Below are positions 37,752 to 45,849 of a stretch of 64,000 nucleotides of DNA, in pieces; position 1 is the stretch's first letter, and each line of letters opens with the position of its first letter. The notes under the pieces are model-generated. The model ran no database searches. It had not been told where the DNA came from and worked only from the letters and a program-made list of their open reading frames with translations. This DNA comes from Ekhidna sp. (lineage in GTDB: Bacteria > Bacteroidota > Bacteroidia > Cytophagales > Cyclobacteriaceae), in NCBI RefSeq assembly GCF_040220215.1, contig NZ_JAVJTR010000001.1:974-64973 (forward strand), read 5' to 3'. Made by a program: the position numbers and the translations under genes.

Positions 37752-38675
37752 TTAATCAGGGACTTCCCGAATCGCATCTTCTGTGAATCGTCTACCAAGC
37801 CCTTTGACTGCTGAAACACAGAAAAAGCCTACAACCTGTTCATCATCCTCAGCCTGAATATTGGACTCAACATTTGCGAGGCTGGGGGCAAACAACTCAC
37901 CAAAGCTTCCGGGTCTGTCTGTCTGGATGATTACCTGATTCCAAAAGAACCAGGCTTCAAGTGTGATTGAGTTGATTTCTACGTAGACACTATCTTCACC
38001 CGGTCCTGTAAATGGAGGTATAAACTCATCATTTTCGTCTGTTTCAAAGGGGGTTATGCCATCTCTAATCGGCTGTATGAAGGTGAGTCCATCAGCATTT
38101 CCTCCCGGAGAGAAAGCTCCATCAAAGGATAGATTGATTTCGGTTGGCTTATTTAAATAGGTGCCATTTACCCAGCTTTTAATCCAATAAGCATCTCCTT
38201 CCCCTTCAAAATCTCTCGACCAGAATTCTGCCACATAAAAGTCATCAATTCCAAAGGAGCCCTCTTCAAATCTCCATGTGATACTATCAATCTCTGGGAC
38301 ACGACCCATTCTGCTCACCGAACCGTATTGCTTTCCATTGATCCGCACATCTAAAAAATACGTTTGCCCCACGGTACCAAAAGAATCAGTAGGGTTGGCA
38401 GGAAGCCAGCTATATAGCCCCGGTATTTCCTCATTAAATGGGTACACGGCACCATCTGCATCTACAACTAAGACGGATGCACCGGATATTCCCTCAGGCT
38501 CGGATCCATCAAAATAAGTATTGGTTCTAGTAATTCGGATCGTTTGCTTCTCTGCTTTTCTGTAGATCCAGGCGTCAAACGCCAGCACAGGATCTGCATT
38601 AGCCAATTCCACATTAATGTCATCCTCACAAGAAAGAAGAACAAAAACTGATAATATGATGAATAGCTTTTTCAT
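37752..38675 (-). CDS. DUF4249-family lipoprotein
   Basis: Lipobox LLSC, SNIQ...VVGFF C-terminus; directly after a TonB-dependent receptor. Confidence 0.85.
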   Translation of the reverse strand: MKKLFIILSVFVLLSCEDDINVELANADPVLAFDAWIYRKAEKQTIRITRTNTYFDGSEPEGISGASVLVVDADGAVYPFNEEIPGLYSWLPANPTDSFGTVGQTYFLDVRINGKQYGSVSRMGRVPEIDSITWRFEEGSFGIDDFYVAEFWSRDFEGEGDAYWIKSWVNGTYLNKPTEINLSFDGAFSPGGNADGLTFIQPIRDGITPFETDENDEFIPPFTGPGEDSVYVEINSITLEAWFFWNQVIIQTDRPGSFGELFAPSLANVESNIQAEDDEQVVGFFCVSAVKGLGRRFTEDAIREVPD

Positions 38676-38677
38676 AC

Positions 38678-41050
38678 TTAGAACTTGAAATTGTAGGTGA
38701 TCGATGGAATAAACGATGCAAAAATGGAAACCTGAGTAGCACGGGTATCTGCCAATGCTCCCGGATCTACGCGATCTCCTCCTTGCCAGAAATAAATGGA
38801 AAATGGATTCGCCCGATTGTAAATGTTGTAGACAGTGAAGACCAACTCATCGCGGTTTTTTCGAGGTGTTCCATCTTTACGAACAGCTCTGCCTTTACGG
38901 GTAGCCGAAAAATCTAGTCTATGATATTCCGGTAAACGCACATTATTCCTTGAGTCATTTGCATTGTGAGGAATAGTAATGCCCTGAACCTCATATCGAC
39001 TTGTTGGGAAGGTTGTTGGTGTTCCACTGATATAAGAGAAGGTGGATGATAGTGACCATCTGTTATTCAGCTCATAGAATCCTGTCACCTTAAAATTATG
39101 CGTTTGATCGTATCTGGTAGGATACCATTCGCCTTTATTTATGCCTACTGTCTGAAGCTCAGTTCTACCCAGCGTATAGCTTACCCAGCCATTCAATCTT
39201 CCTGAATTTTTCTTGATATAAAGCTCCATACCATAAGCTCTGCCATCACCGGCTAAAAGGTCTGCTTCCAGTGCCTCATTGATCAATAAATCCGCGCCAT
39301 TGATATACTCTAATTGTCGGGCTGTTTTACGATAATAAAATTCCACAGAGGTTTCATATCGATTACTCTTCAAATTCTTAAATAAACCCACTGCCCATTG
39401 CTGACCAATTTGAGGTTTCAGGTTGTTGGAGCTTGGCGTCCATAAATCCAGCGGATTAGAAGCTGTAGTATTTGAAATCAAATGAATGTATTGTAACATT
39501 CGGTTGTAGCTCCCCTTTATAGATGTGGTTTTATTTAGTTGATATCTGAATGACACCCTCGGTTCCCATCCATTATAGGAGGCTATCGACTCTCCTTTTT
39601 CCACCACTTCAATGTTCTCGATCGGTCGTCTTCTGCCGGGAATTGTATCACCCAAAATAAACTTGTTACCTTCTCCCAATAAGTTGAAATAGGAGAACCT
39701 CAGTCCATATTGAACCGAAAGATTATCTGATATTTTTTGCTCGTTGTTGACATAAAGCGCAGATTCAATTGATCGTTTGTCGGGCACACTGATATCAATC
39801 ACATCTCCATCACTTATTCCCCTTGCCCTGGCTGGCTCAAAGACGTAGTTATAAAACTCACCACCAAAAGTCAGCTCATTTTTTTGATCTATGAAGTAGG
39901 TAAAAGAAGGTTTCAGTGCCAATGTGTTTATATCTGAGTTCCACTCAAAACGATCCCTTGGATTATCTCCAAACGCCAGCTCATATTCATAATCGCTGAA
40001 GAAGAAAGTAAAATTTGAGAACAGACGATCATTGAACAGGTGATTCCACCGAACCGTTGATGTTCTGTTTCCCCAGCTAAATCCCTGATCCGCATCAAAC
40101 ATAAAGTTGTCCTGCCCAAAATATCCCGAAAGGAATATTTGGTCATTATCTGAAAACCGGTAGTTCGTTTTCATGGTGAGGTCATAGAAATTCAAAGCAG
40201 CACCGTTCCTTAATTCCTCTACAAATGGCCTGGCAAGAATATCCGCATACGATCTTCTGGCTGCTATGATAAATGAGGACTTTTCCTTCTTAATTGGTGC
40301 CTCTACTGAAATACGACTGAAAATGGTGCCGATTCCTCCATTTACTTCCAACTCTTTATTGTTTCCTTCTTTCATTCGAATATCAAGAATCGAAGCAAGC
40401 CTTCCTCCAAATTGAGCGGGTATGGCTCCTTTATAGAGCTTCATGTCTTTAACCGCATCCGGATTGAAAACAGAAAAGAATCCTAAGAGGTGAGAAGAAT
40501 TATAAACAGGTGCTTCGTCTAAAAGGATCAGGTTTTGTCCAACACTTCCTCCTCGTACATTAAACCCCGATGCACCTTCCCCTACAGTAGAGACTCCCGG
40601 CAAAAGCTGTAAACTTTTGATGATATCTACTTCTCCCAAAATAGCCGGCATCATTCTGACTGTCTGAATGTCAATCTCCGCCACGCTCATTTCTGTTGAT
40701 GTCACATTTTCATCTTCCGGCCTGGCTGTGACCACAACTTCCTTAAGCTGGGTCTGTTCCTCGGCAAGCTCTATGTCAATCCGTATATTCTGATCTAATG
40801 AAACAGTCTTAGTCTGGGTGACAAATCCAATGTATCTGTATTCAACTGTGTAGTCTCCTTTTGGAAGAGTGATGGAATAGAATCCATAAACATTGGTGAT
40901 GTTGCCGGTTCCCAGTTCCTTTACAAGAACGGTGGCCCCTATGAGGGCTTCTCCATTGGCAGCATCGGTAATATTTCCATTAATGGTGTATTTCTCTTGT
41001 GCAGTCAGAAAGAAAGGAATGACAGCAAATAGCAGTAAAAGTTTTTTCAA
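38678..41050 (-). CDS. TonB-dependent receptor with N-terminal carboxypeptidase-regulatory-like domain
   Basis: GEALIGATV, LPGVST, GFNVRGG, LLDEAPVYN plug, YNFKF end; TTG start. Confidence 0.93.
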   Translation of the reverse strand: MKKLLLLFAVIPFFLTAQEKYTINGNITDAANGEALIGATVLVKELGTGNITNVYGFYSITLPKGDYTVEYRYIGFVTQTKTVSLDQNIRIDIELAEEQTQLKEVVVTARPEDENVTSTEMSVAEIDIQTVRMMPAILGEVDIIKSLQLLPGVSTVGEGASGFNVRGGSVGQNLILLDEAPVYNSSHLLGFFSVFNPDAVKDMKLYKGAIPAQFGGRLASILDIRMKEGNNKELEVNGGIGTIFSRISVEAPIKKEKSSFIIAARRSYADILARPFVEELRNGAALNFYDLTMKTNYRFSDNDQIFLSGYFGQDNFMFDADQGFSWGNRTSTVRWNHLFNDRLFSNFTFFFSDYEYELAFGDNPRDRFEWNSDINTLALKPSFTYFIDQKNELTFGGEFYNYVFEPARARGISDGDVIDISVPDKRSIESALYVNNEQKISDNLSVQYGLRFSYFNLLGEGNKFILGDTIPGRRRPIENIEVVEKGESIASYNGWEPRVSFRYQLNKTTSIKGSYNRMLQYIHLISNTTASNPLDLWTPSSNNLKPQIGQQWAVGLFKNLKSNRYETSVEFYYRKTARQLEYINGADLLINEALEADLLAGDGRAYGMELYIKKNSGRLNGWVSYTLGRTELQTVGINKGEWYPTRYDQTHNFKVTGFYELNNRWSLSSTFSYISGTPTTFPTSRYEVQGITIPHNANDSRNNVRLPEYHRLDFSATRKGRAVRKDGTPRKNRDELVFTVYNIYNRANPFSIYFWQGGDRVDPGALADTRATQVSIFASFIPSITYNFKF

Positions 41051-41162
41051 AACGGTGATAGTGTTTTAAGTGTGACCTTCCGAAAGACGCATGAAAGCGC
41101 AAATAGTTTCGGTGTTAACAAACACTTAATGCAAAAACATGGCGAATGGTTGCTTCAGCTGC

Positions 41163-41663
41163 TTAAATGGCAGCTAAAGCTTGTTCATAGTTTGGCTCCT
41201 GACCCACCTCTGGTACAAGCTCTGTGTACTTTACCACCCCATCTTCATCCAGCACTATGATAGCTCTGGCATTTAATCCTTTAAAAGCGCCATCCACAAT
41301 CTCTACCCCATAGTTTTTACCAAAGTCACCACCATCTCGGAAGTTGGTGAGGTTGTCCAGACTATCAATTCCTTCTGCATCACAATATCGTTTTAAGGCG
41401 AAAGGAAGATCTTTTGAAACGCAAACAATTCGTGTATTCGAAAGTTTGGATGCTTCCTGATTGAATTTTTTTGTAGACATGGCACAAACTCCTGTGTCAA
41501 TACTTGGATAAATATTTAAAATTACTTTCTGCCCATGATAACTTGCCAATGTTTTTTCTTTCATGTCCTTGCTTACAAGTGTAAAATCAGAAGCCTGACT
41601 TCCAACTTCAGGAAGATTTCCAATAGTGTTTGTTTCTGTTCCTCCCAGGGTAATTTTAGCCAT
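41163..41663 (-). CDS. tpx: Thiol peroxidase (atypical 2-Cys peroxiredoxin)
   Basis: PSIDTGVC, SKDLPFALKRYC, ARAIIV. Confidence 0.96.
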   Translation of the reverse strand: MAKITLGGTETNTIGNLPEVGSQASDFTLVSKDMKEKTLASYHGQKVILNIYPSIDTGVCAMSTKKFNQEASKLSNTRIVCVSKDLPFALKRYCDAEGIDSLDNLTNFRDGGDFGKNYGVEIVDGAFKGLNARAIIVLDEDGVVKYTELVPEVGQEPNYEQALAAI

Positions 41664-42222
41664 AGTTGTAGGTTTTAAAAGGTGTAATTAAGTAATCTAA
41701 AGGTACGTCCCATTTTTCAGTTTGAATAATACGATCTACAGGAGGTGATAAGGATAACCCCACTCTCAGGGCTTTTGTTTCCTTCAACAACCTATCATAG
41801 TAGCCACCACCATATCCGATACGGTTTCCATTTTGATCAGCAAGCAATAACGGTACAAAAATTACATCCAGATTATCCAAATGAGTTTCCCTGGCATCTA
41901 CTGGTTCAGGTATGCCCTTGCTGTTTTCGAAGAGATCCGTATGTTCTTCCAGACAATAATGATGCATTTGCTTAAACATGAAATCGGTTTTGGAAACGAC
42001 AATCATGATTCTTTTAGCCCAAAGGGATGGGAAAAGAGAAGAAATGTCAGGTTCATTGTTTTTTGCAATCGCTAAAAAAGTATGCAGCTGTTCAACTCGC
42101 TTTTCTTTTATGAATTCAGCTACTGCCTGACATAGCATTTTATTCCGCTGATCATACCACAAACGATCCATTAGGACTCTGTATTGAAGGATAACTTTCC
42201 GTATGTACGTTTTAGTGATCAT
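41656..42222 (-). CDS. ygfA: 5-formyltetrahydrofolate cyclo-ligase
   Basis: DVIFVPLL, RIGYGGGYYDRLL, WDVPLD; ATG 42222 overlaps the upstream TGA. Confidence 0.93.
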   Translation of the reverse strand: MITKTYIRKVILQYRVLMDRLWYDQRNKMLCQAVAEFIKEKRVEQLHTFLAIAKNNEPDISSLFPSLWAKRIMIVVSKTDFMFKQMHHYCLEEHTDLFENSKGIPEPVDARETHLDNLDVIFVPLLLADQNGNRIGYGGGYYDRLLKETKALRVGLSLSPPVDRIIQTEKWDVPLDYLITPFKTYNYG

Positions 42223-42440
42223 CAATCAGGCAGTTCTTCGCATGAAATTCCAAGACTTTTGAGATAGGCGATCATTTCTCTTTCTTCAGACTCCATATAT
42301 GTCTCTACCTTCAATACCTTATCTACATCTTCTAAATCTACCACCCAACGAGCAATTCGCTTATCTTTTTTCAGATCAATTCCAAGCTTGCGTGCTTGCC
42401 AGTTCGTCCGGATGTTTGTTTTTAAAATGAATAGTTTCAT
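42222..42440 (-). CDS. Small HMA-like hypothetical protein
   Basis: WVVDLEDVDKVLKV and GISCEEL pattern; coupled on both sides. Confidence 0.65.
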   Translation of the reverse strand: MKLFILKTNIRTNWQARKLGIDLKKDKRIARWVVDLEDVDKVLKVETYMESEEREMIAYLKSLGISCEELPD

Positions 42441-42673
42441 TTCTCGACAGTTTCTGTTACGTCATATTCAAATACCTCCTCCAATGGTTTTTTAAATACA
42501 TTGGCAATTTTGAAAGCCAGTTCAAGTGAAGGTGAATACTTCCCTTTTTCGATTGCTACTATAGTTTGACGTGTGACTTTCACCGCCTCTGCAAGCTGCT
42601 GTTGTGTCATTTCATTGCTGTCAAAACGAAGCTTTCGAATGTTGTTATTAATATTTTGTCCACTGTTGCCCAT
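42437..42673 (-). CDS. XRE/Cro-family HTH transcriptional regulator
   Basis: MTQQQLAEAVKVTRQTIVAIEKGKYSPSLELAFKIA; start refined to ATG 42673. Confidence 0.93.
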   Translation of the reverse strand: MGNSGQNINNNIRKLRFDSNEMTQQQLAEAVKVTRQTIVAIEKGKYSPSLELAFKIANVFKKPLEEVFEYDVTETVEK

Positions 42674-42674
42674 G

Positions 42675-43121
42675 CTATACTCCTTTGCTATGGTAATACC
42701 ATTTGGAAAGCTGATCAAAAATCTCAGAAGCAATTCCTGCAACTATTAGCGAGATAAACATATACTTGGGGGGATAGCCAAATGCAAGGACAATCAAAGA
42801 AATAAAAAAGCCAGCACCAAAAATGAAATATGAATTTCTCGTTGATTTTAGCTCAATAAGCTTATCACGCTCATCTTCAAAGCCAGCCGTTTTTTCCCTT
42901 GTAATGATGTAATTGCTAATGGCAAATACAGTCATGACTACTATTTTGGTAACAATGGAAATTGGAATTGCTATAAGAATAGCTTTTGACCAAAACTGTA
43001 GCTGCTCATCTGTGGTCATCTCCTGAGCATCAAATCGCTCAAATACGAACCAATAATAAATGGTAAACACAACTATGGTGCTTAGGATATTGATAATACT
43101 TCTTTTTTCCTGATAGTCCAT
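42675..43121 (-). CDS. 4-TM membrane protein (DERD motif, DUF2178-like)
   Basis: FEDERDKLIELK between TM pairs; start refined to ATG 43121. Confidence 0.7.
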   Translation of the reverse strand: MDYQEKRSIINILSTIVVFTIYYWFVFERFDAQEMTTDEQLQFWSKAILIAIPISIVTKIVVMTVFAISNYIITREKTAGFEDERDKLIELKSTRNSYFIFGAGFFISLIVLAFGYPPKYMFISLIVAGIASEIFDQLSKWYYHSKGV

Positions 43122-43134
43122 TTTTAAAGTAAAT

Positions 43135-43217
43135 AAGTAATAATTTTTTGACAAGATGTCTACTATTACGGACATTAAGTTAAAAATGTTTTACTATATG
43201 TAAAAAATATTTTACAT
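43135..43217. promoter_or_regulatory. Array of four 20-bp GT-N12-AC operator-like palindromes with 21-bp period
   Basis: Sites start at 43135, 43156, 43177 and 43198; best site ATGTAAAA-aata-TTTTACAT. Confidence 0.7.
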
Positions 43218-43310
43218 TGATTGTTTTAATTATATCCTCGAGCACGCACGCTCAAATTTCATTTTAGTATGTTTAGCGACAATTTAGAACTAGTACTGAA
43301 ATCCATTTTC

Positions 43311-44297
43311 ATGAAATTTTTCCCACTTACTTTAATTCTTGTCGTTATATCATGCGTTGATAGCACCACGTCCGAGCAAAAATCTCCCATAGCAAATTCA
43401 CAAACTGTTTGGACAGCAGTTGATACGATTGATATATCGCAAGTAAATGGCAACCTTGAATCAGGCAAATGGACTATGGACGTTGGCATTTATTTTCCCT
43501 CCAATCTTGATCCTAAGTTTGATAAAGTAACGCTACCGAGTGTTATGGAAAGTTTTCGAGCGGCCAAAGAAATTTATGCGCCAACAGGGGTGCAGCTAAA
43601 TCTTTTGTGGGTGAAAACAGGCAAAGTCAATCCTGAATATTTTTCCATTCAGGCAAATGAGGTCCCGGGGATTCCACAAACAGAATATGTGAACATGTAC
43701 GAACATGCTAAAAGACATCCTGCAAGGTTGACCGAGCATGCTAAAGAAGCTTTTGAAAGCATTGTTGAGCCTGCTCCGGATGATCACCGAACGATTTATT
43801 TAGTGGTTTTACAAGATGTTTTTTATCCATTTTTGGAAGTTTCTGAGGGAAGAAACTGGACGATGAGAACTGTCAGAACGGGTGGTCTTTCATTTCCGAG
43901 CTATTCGTATCTAAATACAATTGAAAAGCGATACAGGGGGGTTATTACCCTTACAAACCTGAAGCGGGAAGATCGGCTAAGGGGTACAATTGTTCACGAA
44001 CTGGGACATAAAGTTATGAATGTAAGCCATGAATATAAAAGCACCAATCCGGGGTATGAGATTTTTGCAGATGGAGGTCTAATGCTTTATGGTGATGGGG
44101 AAGATATACCTTCCGGTGAGGAAGGAAGGTGGCACTTAGAAAGGCTACATTTGTCTCCTTATTTATACAAAGAGAATGCTGATGGATCTAAAATTTGGAA
44201 TCCCGATTATGAAGAAGGCGGACATTATTATGATCCGATTTATGGAGAAAAGGTGATCTACTTTGATGCTGTCCCTGAAATTGACGAGGATTGGTGA
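43311..44297 (+). CDS. Lipoprotein with zinc-metallopeptidase motif (metzincin-like variant)
   Basis: Lipobox VISC, HELGHKVMNVSH, downstream GGLMLYG Met-turn candidate; start refined from 43269. Confidence 0.7.
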   Translation: MKFFPLTLILVVISCVDSTTSEQKSPIANSQTVWTAVDTIDISQVNGNLESGKWTMDVGIYFPSNLDPKFDKVTLPSVMESFRAAKEIYAPTGVQLNLLWVKTGKVNPEYFSIQANEVPGIPQTEYVNMYEHAKRHPARLTEHAKEAFESIVEPAPDDHRTIYLVVLQDVFYPFLEVSEGRNWTMRTVRTGGLSFPSYSYLNTIEKRYRGVITLTNLKREDRLRGTIVHELGHKVMNVSHEYKSTNPGYEIFADGGLMLYGDGEDIPSGEEGRWHLERLHLSPYLYKENADGSKIWNPDYEEGGHYYDPIYGEKVIYFDAVPEIDEDW

Positions 44298-44306
44298 GAC
44301 TAAGGG

Positions 44307-44891
44307 CTAGTCCTTTGAATAGCTGTAGTGCCCTATGATTTTATAGTCAAACAAAATATCCTCTATTACTTGCCCCCCACCAATATTATGAACCACCATG
44401 TAGCGCTTTCCATCCATTGATTTCCGATCCACCATTATCCCAATATGGGTAATGGCTCCTCCAAGATTCCAACATACAATATCTCCCACTACATAGTCCT
44501 GAGCATTGCTCGTGATTGATTTTTCCGTTCCAAACCGGGAGAAGTATTTCATAAGGTTTGGCACTCTTCTGTGATCAATATTCCGGTCTGTGCTTGTTAA
44601 TCCCCAAATATCAGGGTAAAGGGAAAAATTTGCCTTCATGTCTTCATGCACTTCTTTCTGTAAATCGATTCCTAGTTTTCGATAGGCACGAATCACAACA
44701 TCAGTACATACCCCTTTTCCTTCAGGCACATCACCATTTGGATAATCAATAGAGAAGTAGGATGGGTCGTAAGTGATCTGATCTTTTGTTAAGGAGATTG
44801 CTGCATCGGACAGTTCATTAGAGAATGTCTCTTGTGCCAAACACCAACTCACTGAAAAAAGCAAAAAGCAAAATGATAATTTCTTTTTCAC
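44307..44891 (-). CDS. DUF1287 (YijF-like) protein
   Basis: YDPSY, GVCTDVVIRAYR, DHRRVPNL, HIGI, VVHNIG (NlpC/P60-like Cys/His); GTG start. Confidence 0.88.
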   Translation of the reverse strand: MKKKLSFCFLLFSVSWCLAQETFSNELSDAAISLTKDQITYDPSYFSIDYPNGDVPEGKGVCTDVVIRAYRKLGIDLQKEVHEDMKANFSLYPDIWGLTSTDRNIDHRRVPNLMKYFSRFGTEKSITSNAQDYVVGDIVCWNLGGAITHIGIMVDRKSMDGKRYMVVHNIGGGQVIEDILFDYKIIGHYSYSKD

Positions 44892-44951
44892 AGCTCTTCA
44901 GAACGTGATTATCAATTCAAATGTTTGAGATCGGTGACATCATTGATTAAG

Positions 44952-45146
44952 CTACTTTCTTTTCCTTAGAAAAAGCCCAACAAGCAGGGCAATTACACTT
45001 ATAATTACTGGTGTCCAGTCAGCACTACTCACAGCAACATCCATACCCAGAAAACTGAAACTTTCAGAATCCTGTATTGCTTGCATGCCATAATAAACAG
45101 TACCAATTAAGCCGATAATAGTTAAAATTAAACCGATCGTTTTCAT
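44952..45146 (-). CDS. Small 2-TM membrane protein
   Basis: 64 aa, two hydrophobic helices, basic C-terminus. Confidence 0.7.
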   Translation of the reverse strand: MKTIGLILTIIGLIGTVYYGMQAIQDSESFSFLGMDVAVSSADWTPVIISVIALLVGLFLRKRK

Positions 45147-45185
45147 AGAGTATTTTTGAGTTTATATAGTTCAATAGACTAATAA

Positions 45186-45210
45186 GTCGGGAAGTTTGAA
45201 ACCGTCTGGC
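45186..45210. repeat. Degenerate REP copy downstream of the RAYT
   Basis: GTCGGGAAGTTTGAAACCGTCTGGC versus GTCTGACGGTTTGGAACCGTCTGAC, 19/25 identical. Confidence 0.65.
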
Positions 45211-45219
45211 CATTTATTT

Positions 45220-45804
45220 TTAATACATTTCCTTCTGCTTCTCTTCTGAGATAATTTGATAAGATTCATCATACAATGTTTTCAAGTCTAGATCCAATAG
45301 CTGAGTAGCCAATGTTTTATCACAAAGAGTCCCATTTCGCATTCCGGTGTAATCCTGAAAAGAACTGAATTCCCAATCTTCCATTTTCGACACCAAACCT
45401 GCTACCATTGGGTTCTGATGAACATAGTTAAAGCAGATGTAAGGATAGTTTTTGCTTTCATCCAAAAGTTTTGACTTGGTTCGCTGGCGAAATAGTGAAC
45501 CTGTTCTATTGATTTGTTTATTAAACGCTTGAGCATATGAACTAAGAAGCATACGGAATCCATTATTCAGAGCCGTAACATTCAACGCCCCAACTTTAAT
45601 TTCTCTTGTTGAGGCCTCCGTTGTACTAATTAGAAAGTGGAAGTGATTCGGCATCAGACAGTATGCCAAAACATTACAGTGCGGAAGTACAAACTTTCGA
45701 AATTTTTCAAGAAAGAATAATTGATTGTCTCTACTGAGAAAAATCCTTTCTTTATTGTTTCCTTGATTGTAAAAATGAAAAAGTTGGTTCTCTTCTAGCT
45801 TCAT
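45220..45804 (-). mobile_element. REP-associated tyrosine transposase (RAYT/TnpA-REP, Y1 HUH superfamily)
   Basis: FHFYNQGNN, YCLMPNHFH (HUH), YAQAFNK...GSLF, YVHQNP (catalytic Tyr), WEFSS; flanking palindromes. Confidence 0.88.
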
Positions 45805-45820
45805 ACTATATCGTTCCTAC

Positions 45821-45849
45821 GCGTCAGACGGTTCCAAACCGTCAGACGC
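45821..45849. repeat. REP palindrome upstream of the RAYT
   Basis: GCGTC-A-GACGGTT-CCA-AACCGTC-A-GACGC; abuts the comM stop codon. Confidence 0.85.

Noticed and set aside
43135-43217. Possible mini-CRISPR or iteron array
   Set aside because: Units are 20-bp degenerate palindromes with 1-nt gaps, no unique spacers, and no cas or rep gene; an operator array fits better
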